Shown: in pieces, positions 8,077 through 16,777 of the stretch
Numbering within the stretch: the stretch's first letter is position 1
Layout: each line of letters opens with the position of its first letter
Source: Bifidobacterium longum subsp. longum JCM 1217
GTDB lineage: Bacteria > Actinomycetota > Actinomycetes > Actinomycetales > Bifidobacteriaceae
Assembly (NCBI RefSeq): GCF_000196555.1
Contig: NC_015067.1
Span: forward strand, 1,800,001 to 1,832,000
DNA length: 32,000 bases
Reading direction: 5' to 3'
Translations under genes and position numbers: made by a program
Notes under the pieces: generated by a model
What the model was told of the DNA's origin: nothing
The model's database searches: none
Seen by the model: the letters and a program-made list of their open reading frames with translations, nothing else

Positions 8077-9456
8077 GTGGAGTGCATGACTACTGCAATG
8101 GGCTACTCATCTACCGGCCGTCCACCGACCGCCGCTTCACTGGCCTCGTCTGGCTTTGAGCCGGGTCAAGGCACTTTCGCGCCCGATCGGGGCGCCATCA
8201 ATCTGCCGAATGAGCCTCGCCCTATCGATCAGCTGCCTGCACGCGCCGCTGAAACCACCGCGCAAAATCCGTGGCCGGTAAGCGTGCTGAGCCAGAAGTT
8301 CTACGGTGCCGTGGAACGATGGCCGTCCGCGTGGGTCACCGGCCAGATCACGCAGATCAATACCCGTCGCGCCGGCTCGGCCTACATCACGCTGCGCGAC
8401 GACTTCGAGGATATCGCCATGGAAGTCAATGGCTTCGGCAGGTTCGCGGCCGCAGCCAGCCAGTTCGTTCAGGGCGACCGCGTGGTGATTCACGGCAAAC
8501 CGAACCTGTGGATGAAGCGCACTTCGCTGTCGTTGCGCGGGGACACGATTCTCAAGGTCGGAGCCGGTGGCAGCCTCAAGGCCATGATCGACGAATTGCG
8601 CAAGCAGCTTAAGGGCGAGGGCCTGTTCGATGCCGATCACAAACTGCCTCTCCCGGAGTTTCCGAAGACTATTGGCCTGATTTGCGCACCTCAGGCACGT
8701 GCGGAAGGCGATGTGATCACCAATGTGAACCTTCGTTGGCCTTCCGTAACCTTCAAGGTGGTCCATGTGCATGTTCAGGGCGAGCAATGCCCGGCCGAGG
8801 TGGTTCAGGCCATTGCACAACTCGATGCCGACCCGAGCGTGGATGTGATCATCGTGGCCCGTGGCGGCGGCTCGTTTGAGGATCTCATCGGTTTCTCGGA
8901 TGAGCGTGTGGTTCGTGCGGCGTATGCCTGCACTACACCATTAATCTCCTCCATCGGGCATGAGGATGACTGGACATTGCTGGATCTGGTCGCCGATCTG
9001 CGCGCCTCCACCCCTACCGATGCGGCCAAGCGCGTGGTGCCGGATGTGCGTGAGCAGTCGCAGCTCATCGAAGGTGCCATCGACCGTATGCGACTGCGGG
9101 TCCGTTCGCGCGTGGAGAACGAGATTCGACTTATCGAGGGATATGCGAACCGCCCGAGCCTGACACAGCCGCACACCATGCTTGAGCCTCATCAGCGCTT
9201 AATTGACGACTCGTTGCAACGGCTCGATATCGGGCTGCGACGCATCGTGGACGATGCCCAGCTCACCGTCGAGCGAGCTCACGCCTCACTGACCGCACTC
9301 AGCCCGCAATCCACGTTGAACCGAGGCTATGCGGTGGTGCAGTCCGCCGATGGCCACGTACTAGACGATGCTTCGCAGGTAAGCCCTGGGGATGGCATCA
9401 CCGTCACCTTGAAGAAGGGTGTCATTACCGCAACCACCACATCCGCAACCGCGTGA
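8077..9456 (+). CDS. xseA: Exodeoxyribonuclease VII large subunit
   Basis: Track ORF. It has the OB-fold segment WVTGQITQINTRRAGSAYITLRDD and the catalytic region VIIVARGGGSFEDL, and is followed by xseB. The start is uncertain. GTG 8077 opens the ORF, but ATG 8086 lies 7 nt after a TATAGT hexamer, so it could be a leaderless start. Confidence 0.9.
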   Translation: MECMTTAMGYSSTGRPPTAASLASSGFEPGQGTFAPDRGAINLPNEPRPIDQLPARAAETTAQNPWPVSVLSQKFYGAVERWPSAWVTGQITQINTRRAGSAYITLRDDFEDIAMEVNGFGRFAAAASQFVQGDRVVIHGKPNLWMKRTSLSLRGDTILKVGAGGSLKAMIDELRKQLKGEGLFDADHKLPLPEFPKTIGLICAPQARAEGDVITNVNLRWPSVTFKVVHVHVQGEQCPAEVVQAIAQLDADPSVDVIIVARGGGSFEDLIGFSDERVVRAAYACTTPLISSIGHEDDWTLLDLVADLRASTPTDAAKRVVPDVREQSQLIEGAIDRMRLRVRSRVENEIRLIEGYANRPSLTQPHTMLEPHQRLIDDSLQRLDIGLRRIVDDAQLTVERAHASLTALSPQSTLNRGYAVVQSADGHVLDDASQVSPGDGITVTLKKGVITATTTSATA

Positions 9457-9505
9457 CACGCCATACGCAGCCACGCATATATACCGTATATATAAGGAGA
9501 ACATC

Positions 9506-9808
9506 ATGACCGAAAACGCCACATCCACCGACATGAACACCCCCGCCACGTCCCTGACGGACAAGGAACGCGAGCTCATCGCCCAGATGCCATATGAGGA
9601 GGCGCGCGACAAGCTGATTCAGGCTGTCCAGGCACTGGAAACCGGCGGCCTCAATCTTGACCAGTCGATGCGTCAATGGGAGATCGGCGAGGCCTTGGCT
9701 AAGCGCGCCCAGGGTCTGCTCAACGACGTCCGTGCCAAGCTCGACCAAGCACAAGCCGAGCAAGCCGCCAACGAAGCCACCGCAGGCACGCAGTCCAACC
9801 TCGACTGA
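9506..9808 (+). CDS. xseB: Exodeoxyribonuclease VII small subunit
   Basis: ATG 9506 is preceded by AAGGAGA. The sequence YEEARDKLIQAVQALETGGLNLDQSMRQWEIGEALAKRAQGLL is typical of XseB. The gene lies immediately downstream of xseA. Confidence 0.9.
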   Translation: MTENATSTDMNTPATSLTDKERELIAQMPYEEARDKLIQAVQALETGGLNLDQSMRQWEIGEALAKRAQGLLNDVRAKLDQAQAEQAANEATAGTQSNLD

Positions 9809-9931
9809 GTTGCCTCCCGGCGCGGCATCCCGCGGCTCGCACCTGAGTCCGGACTGGACTGAGTTCTGCTTCCCGGCATACGATAGTGGTGATTAGGCCA
9901 CATTGGCAGCAGTTTATAGAAGGGAAATCCC

Positions 9932-10456
9932 ATGTCAACGTTGATTCTTGTATTCCATCCGCATCTTAAGGACGGCTCGCGCGTGAACGCCCGCCTGCTC
10001 GCCGAACTCACCGCACAGGGCGAGGACGACATCATCGTGCGCGACGAATACGCCGAATACCCGAACTTCTCCGTCAACGCCGACACAGAGCACGAGCTGC
10101 TGGAGGCCGCCGACCGCGTAATCCTCCAGTTCCCGTTCTACTGGTACTCCTCCCCCGCGCTGCTCAAGGAATGGGAAGACGAGGTCATCACCGCAGGCTG
10201 GGCCTACGGTGGAGGCCACGCACTCAAGGGCAAGGAGCTCAAGCTGGTGGTCACCACTGGTTCCGACGCCGCCAAGTACCGCAAGGATGGCGAGTACAGC
10301 CACACCATGGAGGAGCTGCTGAGCCCGTTTGAGGTCGTGGCGTACAAGATCGGCATGAACTATGCTGAGCCGTTCCTGGTGCAGGGCACCGCCACCATCG
10401 GCGATGCGGAGCTGGATCAGGCCGCCGCCGATTATGTTTCGGCGATTTTGGACTGA
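9932..10456 (+). CDS. Flavodoxin-like fold NAD(P)H dehydrogenase (quinone) family protein (KefG/YrkL/MdaB-like)
   Basis: 174 aa. ILVFHPHLKDGSRVN..., VILQFPFYWYSSPALLKEWEDEV and GKELKLVVTTG are characteristic of the Flavodoxin_2 family. GAAGGGA RBS upstream. Confidence 0.8.
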   Translation: MSTLILVFHPHLKDGSRVNARLLAELTAQGEDDIIVRDEYAEYPNFSVNADTEHELLEAADRVILQFPFYWYSSPALLKEWEDEVITAGWAYGGGHALKGKELKLVVTTGSDAAKYRKDGEYSHTMEELLSPFEVVAYKIGMNYAEPFLVQGTATIGDAELDQAAADYVSAILD

Positions 10457-10465
10457 ATAAGCTGA

Positions 10466-10500
10466 GGCCGGGTGCAAGTCGCACCCGGCCTTGTTGTTTC
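10466..10500 (+). terminator. Rho-independent terminator
   Basis: Perfect 10-bp stem GGCCGGGTGC / GCACCCGGCC with loop aagtc, followed by TTGTTGTTT. Confidence 0.7.
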
Positions 10501-10515
10501 GCGGGCTAGCCGCGG

Positions 10516-10572
10516 TCTCTCCCAGTCAGCCTGCGGCTGACAGTTCCCTCGTCAGAGAGAGCTTATTTTTTG
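10516..10572 (+). repeat. Nested hairpin module followed by a T-tract (second terminator-like structure, related to the nrdD-nrdG hairpins)
   Basis: The outer stem is TCTCTC (10516..10521) / GAGAGA (10555..10560). It encloses GTCAGCC-tgc-GGCTGAC (10525..10541) and is followed by GCTTATTTTTT. The reverse complement has the same two-hairpin layout as 5087..5130. Confidence 0.45.
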
Positions 10573-10591
10573 GATCAGAGGGAGTTGATAG

Positions 10592-12457
10592 CTACTTCTT
10601 CAACGGCACGTAGATCACGTCGTCAATGAGCTCGCGATAGTGCTCAACGATTTGCGCGCGACGGGTCTTCAGGCTCGGGGTCAGCATGCCGTTGGCCTCG
10701 GTGAATTCGTCTGGCAGAATCTCGAACTTACGAATCGACTCGGCGCGGGAAACGCCCTCGTTGGCGGCGTTCACCGCACGCTCCACCTCAGCGTGAACGA
10801 TGGCGTTCTTGGCCAGCGAGGCCAGATCGGGTTCCGGCTTGGCGCCCTGGGATTCCAGCCATTTGTTGGCATCCGCCAGATCCAGCGTGACCAGAGCGGC
10901 CACGAACGGCTTCTTATCGCCAATAACCAAGCACTGGTTGACCACGGGCGAGGTCATTACGGAAGCCTCAAGCAGACCCGGCGACACGTTCTTGCCGCCG
11001 GCGGTGATGATGAGGTCTTTCTTACGGCCGGTGATGGAGATGAAGCCGTCTTCGGAGATATCGCCCAGATCGCCGGTGTGCAGCCAGCCATCGGTGATCT
11101 GCTGGGTGGTGACTTCGGGGTTGTTGTGGTAGCCCTTGCACACCAGCGGTCCTTTGACCACCAGCTCGCCGTCCTCGGCGATGCCGGCGGTGATACCGCA
11201 CATCGGCATGCCGATGGTGCCGATGCGGTTGTCCTCTGGCAAGCTCACACACACCGGGCCGCAGGTTTCGGTCATGCCATAGCCCTCAAGCACCGGCATG
11301 CCGATGCCGTTGAAGAAGTGGGAAAGCTCAGAGTCCATCGGGGCACCGCCGGTAATGGCGAAGTCGGCGTTCGGACCGAAAATCGTGCGAATCTTCTTGT
11401 ACACCACCTGCTCATAGAAGGCGTGGGCGATACGTCCGGCAATCGGCAGCTGTTCGCCCTTCTGCTCGGCCTTGGACCATTCGCGCGCGTTTTCGGCGGC
11501 GCGCATGAACATCTTGCCAGCGAATCCGGTGCCGGCGCGCTGGGAGGCGGCGTTGTAGACCTTCTCGTACACACGCGGCACGGCGAGCAGCAGCGTGGGA
11601 CCGAAGGTCTCGAAGTCCTTGACCATCGTCTTCATATTGGAGCTCAGGGCCAGCGAAATCGTGCCGCCGAAGCTGAAGAATTCCATGAATCGGGCGAACA
11701 CGTGGCTCAACGGCAGGAACAGCAGCAGGCGGCGGTTGGGCCATGCGCCGGCGCGCGGCATGTACTGCAATGCGGAGAGTACCAGGAAAGCGAAGTTGCG
11801 GTGGGTCAGTTCCACGCCCTTCGGGGTGCCAGTGGAGCCGGACGTGTAGACGATGGTGGCGCGGTCGTCGCCGTGGGAGGCTTCCTTGTATTCCCAGAAT
11901 TCGGCATCGGTGACGCTTTCGCCATAGGTCTTGATGGCGTTCAGGCCGCCGGCCTCGATTACGAACACGTTGCGCAGGGTGGGTACCTCGCTGCGCACGG
12001 ATTCGATCTTGTCGCGCTGTCCGTCATCTTCGGCGATGGCGAGCGTGACTTTGGAATCGTTGAAAATCCAGCTGACCTGGCTGGCGGAGTTGGTCTCATA
12101 CACCGGCACAGTGAGCGCGCCGATGGACATAATCGCCATATCCAGCGCGGTCCATTCCCAGCGGGTGTGCGAGACGATGGCGACTGAATCGCCCTTATTG
12201 ACGCCAAGTCCGATCAGGCCCTTGGCCAGATCGATGACCATGTCACGGAATACTTGGGCACTGTACGGGTGCCAAGTGCCATCATCGCCCTTGTATTCGA
12301 TCATGGCACCTTCGGGATCGCGCTTGGCGCGGTTATCGAGCAGATCGAACAGGTTGATGTCGCTGTCAATCGGCTCCTTGACGGGATTGGTGAACTGCTT
12401 GACGATACGAGTATCGTTTATGGCCTTATCAGCGATGTTTTCAGTCATACTCCCCAT
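10592..12457 (-). CDS. fadD: Long-chain-fatty-acid--CoA ligase (AMP-dependent synthetase)
   Basis: 621 aa. It has the AMP-binding signature IVYTSGSTGTPKGV, plus TGDLG and GRKKDLIITAGGKNVSP. Confidence 0.9.
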   Translation of the reverse strand: MGSMTENIADKAINDTRIVKQFTNPVKEPIDSDINLFDLLDNRAKRDPEGAMIEYKGDDGTWHPYSAQVFRDMVIDLAKGLIGLGVNKGDSVAIVSHTRWEWTALDMAIMSIGALTVPVYETNSASQVSWIFNDSKVTLAIAEDDGQRDKIESVRSEVPTLRNVFVIEAGGLNAIKTYGESVTDAEFWEYKEASHGDDRATIVYTSGSTGTPKGVELTHRNFAFLVLSALQYMPRAGAWPNRRLLLFLPLSHVFARFMEFFSFGGTISLALSSNMKTMVKDFETFGPTLLLAVPRVYEKVYNAASQRAGTGFAGKMFMRAAENAREWSKAEQKGEQLPIAGRIAHAFYEQVVYKKIRTIFGPNADFAITGGAPMDSELSHFFNGIGMPVLEGYGMTETCGPVCVSLPEDNRIGTIGMPMCGITAGIAEDGELVVKGPLVCKGYHNNPEVTTQQITDGWLHTGDLGDISEDGFISITGRKKDLIITAGGKNVSPGLLEASVMTSPVVNQCLVIGDKKPFVAALVTLDLADANKWLESQGAKPEPDLASLAKNAIVHAEVERAVNAANEGVSRAESIRKFEILPDEFTEANGMLTPSLKTRRAQIVEHYRELIDDVIYVPLKK

Positions 12458-12576
12458 GTAACTCCACGGATGCTACAAAACACGCGCGAAACAGCGGATT
12501 GTCCAGACCAAATGGCCCCGGCAATCCGTTATTTCGGGCAAACCAGGTAAATCTGCCGCACCGTACATTCAGCAGA

Positions 12577-13083
12577 TTACTCGGCGGAGTTATTGGCCTT
12601 TTTCAGCTCGTCGCGAATCTCCTGCAGCGTGGCGAGAGTCTGCTCTTCAACGCTAGGCCCCTGTTCTTCAGCGTCAGCCTCATCCTGGATAGCAGTAAGA
12701 TCACGAAGCTTATTAATCGGCAAAATCACGCAGAAATACACCGCCACGCCAACAAGCAGGAAGTTAATCAGCGCGTTAAGAATCGCACCAAATGAAACGG
12801 TCGAGTTGTTGAACGTGATGGTCAGTAGTCCGGAAAGATCCGGTACGCCGCCAATCATGCCGATTAATGGACTGATGAGATTGTCGACGATGGAATTGAC
12901 CACAGCGGTAACGGCAGAGCCCATCACCACACCTACCGCCATATCAATCATTGATCCGCGCGACAGGAATTTCTTAAAGCCATTCAACGGACCTTTATCA
13001 GTCAAAGCAACAACTTTGCGAGCGGTTCCTCCCGTGGCCTTGGCAAAGTCGGTGGCAATATTCATGGGATTGTGGTTACTCAT
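12577..13083 (-). CDS. mscL: Large-conductance mechanosensitive channel
   Basis: FKKFLSRGSMIDMAVGVVMGSAVTAVVNSIVDNLISPLIG is a typical MscL TM1 region. The start was set at ATG 13083 (MSNHNP), which is preceded by AAGGAG. Confidence 0.9.
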   Translation of the reverse strand: MSNHNPMNIATDFAKATGGTARKVVALTDKGPLNGFKKFLSRGSMIDMAVGVVMGSAVTAVVNSIVDNLISPLIGMIGGVPDLSGLLTITFNNSTVSFGAILNALINFLLVGVAVYFCVILPINKLRDLTAIQDEADAEEQGPSVEEQTLATLQEIRDELKKANNSAE

Positions 13084-13181
13084 AACGGCACTCCTTACGA
13101 AATTCAGACACTTCACTTGTATCCGACTGGTTTTCCCACGACTCCATTATGCCGCTTGTTGGAATATCCCTATACCACTGC

Positions 13182-13215
13182 GGCGTTCCCGTACATGACT
13201 ATGTACGAGAACGCC
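13182..13215 (-). terminator. Strong hairpin downstream of the deoxyribosyltransferase-family gene (no U-tract)
   Basis: 14-bp stem: on the minus strand GGCGTTCTCGTACA - tagtca - TGTACGGGAACGCC, with one G.U pair. There is no T-run, so its role as a terminator is tentative. Confidence 0.4.
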
Positions 13216-13250
13216 GCCAACCCTGCTTGCAGAGAACCTGTTAGAGCTGT

Positions 13251-13679
13251 TTAGAACTGGATGTAATCGACTTCCGTATGCTCGCCGGTTTCCAAGTATT
13301 TCGCCACATCATCAGGACCGACGAACACCAGTTCGACCGCTTGCGCAATCATCAGATTGACACGATCCATTGGCGTAAGGTTTTCGAAATAGCCGTACAC
13401 CGGGATTCCCAGCGCATGCGCATATCCGATTTCGAACATCGTGCCCGGGTCCTCGTCCATAAGATTGGCGACCACGGCTTTAGCAGCATTAATGCCATGG
13501 ATATCGTCCGCAAAGCATCCTTCAGGGCCTACTTCTTCGATCTGGCTGACAAACCGCGGCTTGAACAGTACCTTGCCATGGTCTTCCAATATCTTTTCCA
13601 AACGTTCCATACTTGCCGTTTGTTCAGGATCGAAGAACGGACCGGCCACATAGAAGTCATACTGTTTGTCTTCACTCAT
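13251..13679 (-). CDS. Nucleoside 2-deoxyribosyltransferase family protein
   Basis: 142 aa. It has the family motifs FYVAGPFF near the N-terminus and DEDPGTMFEIGYAHALGIPV (the catalytic Glu context). Confidence 0.75.
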   Translation of the reverse strand: MSEDKQYDFYVAGPFFDPEQTASMERLEKILEDHGKVLFKPRFVSQIEEVGPEGCFADDIHGINAAKAVVANLMDEDPGTMFEIGYAHALGIPVYGYFENLTPMDRVNLMIAQAVELVFVGPDDVAKYLETGEHTEVDYIQF

Positions 13680-13800
13680 GGTCTCTAGTCATAGCGCAGC
13701 CGCGTCGGACGCCAGCCGTTATTTTCACTGTATGGACAAGGGGTCGTATCGTGAACATTACTACGGGATAACCGTCAATGACTACGTACGTTGCCCCCGA

Positions 13801-14019
13801 TCAGCACACTCCGCCACTTTCGCCCCCTCCCGTATCGTCGAGCACGCGAACCAAGCCGACCAAATGGCCGCCATCCCATGCGCTGATCACCGTATCCGAA
13901 TGCTGCAATGCCTTGAACAACCGTTCCGGCCACTGCGCCGATTCCCAACCTACCGACTTGAACAGCGCCTCAACCTGCTCAACAGTAAACCGCTTCTCTT
14001 CCGTGTATTCGATAGCCAT
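13801..14019 (-). pseudogene. N-terminal remnant of a GNAT-family acetyltransferase
   Basis: The 72-aa ORF MAIEYTEEKRFTVEQVEALFKSVGWESAQWPERLFKALQHSDTVISAWDGGHLVGLVRVLDD... resembles the first half of small GNATs. It stops before the acetyl-CoA motif (R/Q-x-x-G-x-G/A). None of the three downstream frames (13680..13800) restores a GNAT-like sequence. Confidence 0.45.
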
Positions 14020-14175
14020 GGACCCTCACGACAACCGTGAAGCCCCACATGTCTTTGCATAGTTTCACACGACGGGATGATGGATAGTGGAACCTATACG
14101 TTTACACATGCCTAATGCCCATGGCTCATCACCGATGAATAGAGGCTGAGATACCGTCATGTTTCCGAAGCCAAG

Positions 14176-14248
14176 TGCCCGAGATCGGATTCGAACCGAC
14201 GACACCCGCTTTAGGAGAGCGGTGCTCTATCCACTGAGCTACTCGGGC
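14176..14248 (-). tRNA. tRNA-Arg (anticodon CCT)
   Basis: The minus strand reads GCCCGAG TA GCTC AGTGGATA GAGC A CCGCT CTCCTAA AGCGG GTGTC GTCGG TTCGAAT CCGAT CTCGGGC A. This is a full 73-nt cloverleaf with GTTCGAAT in the T-arm. No CCA is encoded. Confidence 0.9.
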
Positions 14249-14503
14249 AACGACGTTTCATTGTACACGGCCACACGCCCAGTCGCATCATGTTCGCGTG
14301 GCAGCTTGCGCAAGCCATCCGGCAACCTGAGCAAGCCACATGGAGGAACCCGACATCAGGTCATGGCCCGGTCTTTCGTGCCAGTTTGGTGCGAACTGCT
14401 CTTGCGCACGGCGAAAAGACACTGAAAGACAAGCCGTACACGGTACAGTGGCAAATCGCACGAAAAGCAAAGTAACAGTAAACAAGCCGGAGGAAAGGGC
14501 AGC

Positions 14504-15616
14504 ATGGCAAAGGCACGGAGTACTACCACAGGCGCAAGCGTACGAGCTCGCGCCGCTGCCAAGCCACGCTCTGCCAGAGCCACGGCACGCCCAGTATCCA
14601 AGTCTGCCGTGAAGCCACACAAACGGCATCGTCTGCTTGGTTTTCTCGCCACGATGTTCGCGCTTCTTGCCCTTGCCGGCGCTGCCGCCCGCGCGCTGCC
14701 TGCCGATTTACAGGAACTGCCATTTGCGCCGATTGTGGTATCGGCAACGCCATGGTTCACGTTGCTTGGCTTGATTGCCCTGCTGTTGGCCATCGTGTCG
14801 CGGCGTATCCTTGCCGCACTAATCGCCATCGCCGCAATCGCATGCAATGGCTATTGGCAATATCCGTTCTTCTACTCGACCGATCCACTCCCCCAAGCCG
14901 CGCAGAACGCCGTGGCCGCAGCCTCCCCCAACACCAGCGATGCCTACGCGCGCGTCATGACCTTCAATGTGTATAAGGGGCAGGCCGACCCGCAAGCCAT
15001 CGTCGAGCTGGTTCGCGATCAGCGCGTCGAAGTGCTTGCTTTGCAGGAGACCACCGAGGATTTCGTCAAAAAACTCAATGAGGCTGGTATTGAGCATTAT
15101 CTGCCGTATGCGCAGGTCTCATCGTCTGACGGCGTATTCGGTAACGGCCTCTGGTCGGCCACGCCACTTGCCGATCCGACCGACGATGACGTGAATTCCA
15201 GCGCCTCATTCATGCCCGGCGGCACGGTGGATATGGGTGGCCAGCAGATTCGATTCGTATCCGTGCACACCACCGCTCCCGTACCCGGCTACTGGCGGCA
15301 GTGGAAGCGATCGCTGGATGAGTTGGGTCTGATGCGCGAGCATACGGATACACGGTATATTTTCATGGGCGATTTCAACGCCACTTACGATCACACGCCA
15401 TTCCGTGATTTTCTTGGCGACCGGTTCGTGGATGCCGCACGTGAATCCGGACATGGGTTTACGTTCTCATGGCCCACGAACCGTGCGGCTGTGCCAATGT
15501 TCGCCGGTATTGACCACGTGGTGCTTGATCAGGGCATGAAGGCCGGACAATGCAAGGTGGTCAAAGTCGAGGGCTCTGATCATGCGGCATTGTTGGCTAC
15601 CGTGGCGGTTGGGTGA
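14504..15616 (+). CDS. Endonuclease/exonuclease/phosphatase (EEP) family membrane protein
   Basis: 370 aa. It has a basic N-terminus, hydrophobic segments, then an EEP core with MTFNVYKG, LALQE, GDFNAT and GSDHAAL. GGAGGAAAGGG RBS upstream. Confidence 0.8.
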   Translation: MAKARSTTTGASVRARAAAKPRSARATARPVSKSAVKPHKRHRLLGFLATMFALLALAGAAARALPADLQELPFAPIVVSATPWFTLLGLIALLLAIVSRRILAALIAIAAIACNGYWQYPFFYSTDPLPQAAQNAVAAASPNTSDAYARVMTFNVYKGQADPQAIVELVRDQRVEVLALQETTEDFVKKLNEAGIEHYLPYAQVSSSDGVFGNGLWSATPLADPTDDDVNSSASFMPGGTVDMGGQQIRFVSVHTTAPVPGYWRQWKRSLDELGLMREHTDTRYIFMGDFNATYDHTPFRDFLGDRFVDAARESGHGFTFSWPTNRAAVPMFAGIDHVVLDQGMKAGQCKVVKVEGSDHAALLATVAVG

Positions 15617-15631
15617 TTCCCCTCAATAGGA

Positions 15632-16600
15632 CTAGAAACCGAGGCGGGTGCGGCCGAATTGGTCGAGCCAGCGCAAAATCGCGCCTTCACGCAGCGCCCA
15701 CGGGCAGATCTCGACTTCCTGAATATTCAGGGCCTTCATGATCTCGTCGGCCACCACGCCGCCGCCCACAATCTGCATCGTGCGTTCAGGCGTGATGCCG
15801 GGCAAAGCCACGCGCTGCTCAGGCGCGATCGCCGCCAAACGAGGAATCCAGTCTTCCAACTGCTCACGAGTCATAATCCATGAATCTTCGCGGCCCGGCG
15901 CACGCATCACCGCACCGCACAGGCGAGCCAGCGAGCGGAAGGTCTTGGAGGTGCCAACTGCATGATTCGGGTGCTTGGATTGCGGGAAAACCTTGACCAT
16001 CGGCTCCAGAATCTTGCGCACGTTCTTACGCACGTCTTCCAACTCGTCGGGCGTGGCCATGCCGGAAGGCAGAAATTCAGTGGTGACGCGGCCCGCGCCA
16101 GCCGGGGCGGAAAGCGCTACGGTCGGCTCTTCGTCGGAGCCCATCGCCACTTCGAGCGAACCGCCGCCGATGTCCAGCACCAGCAGTCGGCCGGCATCCC
16201 AACCATACCAACGGCGGGCGGCCAGGAAGGTCAGGCGAGCCTCATCCGTGCCAGACAGCACAGTGACGCCCTGACCAATCAGTTCCTCGATCTTGTGAAT
16301 CACTTTGTTGCCGTTCGGCGCCTCGCGCAGGGCGGAGGTGGCCATAACCAGCAGCTGGGTGATTTCGTATTCCTCGGCCAGCCGCATGCACTGGGACACG
16401 GCTTCCAGAATCGCCTCGATGCCGGACTTCTTGATTGAGCCGTCGTCCTTTAAATACTTCATCAGGCGCACTGTGGATTTGGTGCTGGCCTCGGGGTCAG
16501 GGCGAGCGCCGGGGGCGGCGTCGACGATAAGCATGTGGATAGTGTTCGAACCGATATCAAGCACACCAAGTCGCGTGGTATGCGAACGCAGATTGACCAT
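15632..16600 (-). CDS. ppx: Ppx/GppA-family phosphatase (exopolyphosphatase-like)
   Basis: 322 aa. LGVLDIGSNTIHMLIV and LVLDIGGGSLEV are the actin-fold phosphate motifs of the Ppx/GppA family. Confidence 0.85.
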   Translation of the reverse strand: MVNLRSHTTRLGVLDIGSNTIHMLIVDAAPGARPDPEASTKSTVRLMKYLKDDGSIKKSGIEAILEAVSQCMRLAEEYEITQLLVMATSALREAPNGNKVIHKIEELIGQGVTVLSGTDEARLTFLAARRWYGWDAGRLLVLDIGGGSLEVAMGSDEEPTVALSAPAGAGRVTTEFLPSGMATPDELEDVRKNVRKILEPMVKVFPQSKHPNHAVGTSKTFRSLARLCGAVMRAPGREDSWIMTREQLEDWIPRLAAIAPEQRVALPGITPERTMQIVGGGVVADEIMKALNIQEVEICPWALREGAILRWLDQFGRTRLGF

Positions 16601-16777
16601 GATTCCTATTCCTGACCTTACCTAACCCGTGATGGCCGAACAACGGGCCGACCATCGCAATCAGCCAGCCGTGCGCCACCATGGCGAGTCGTTCGGCCGG
16701 CAACCAACACCGTGAGGCCAGCCGAACATCACACAAACTCGACTACTGTACAACAATCACACCGGCTGCCGCGCCGT

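Noticed and set aside
10640-12187. 515-aa plus-strand ORF
   Set aside because: It is antisense to the acyl-CoA synthetase gene and has no motifs.
14290-14475. 61-aa plus-strand ORF between the tRNA and the EEP gene
   Set aside because: It has no RBS and no recognisable sequence features. The region is better explained as tRNA and EEP promoter DNA.
13680-14503. Genomic island integrated at tRNA-Arg
   Set aside because: I saw no integrase and no direct repeat of the tRNA 3' end anywhere in the window. The flanking genes are ordinary.
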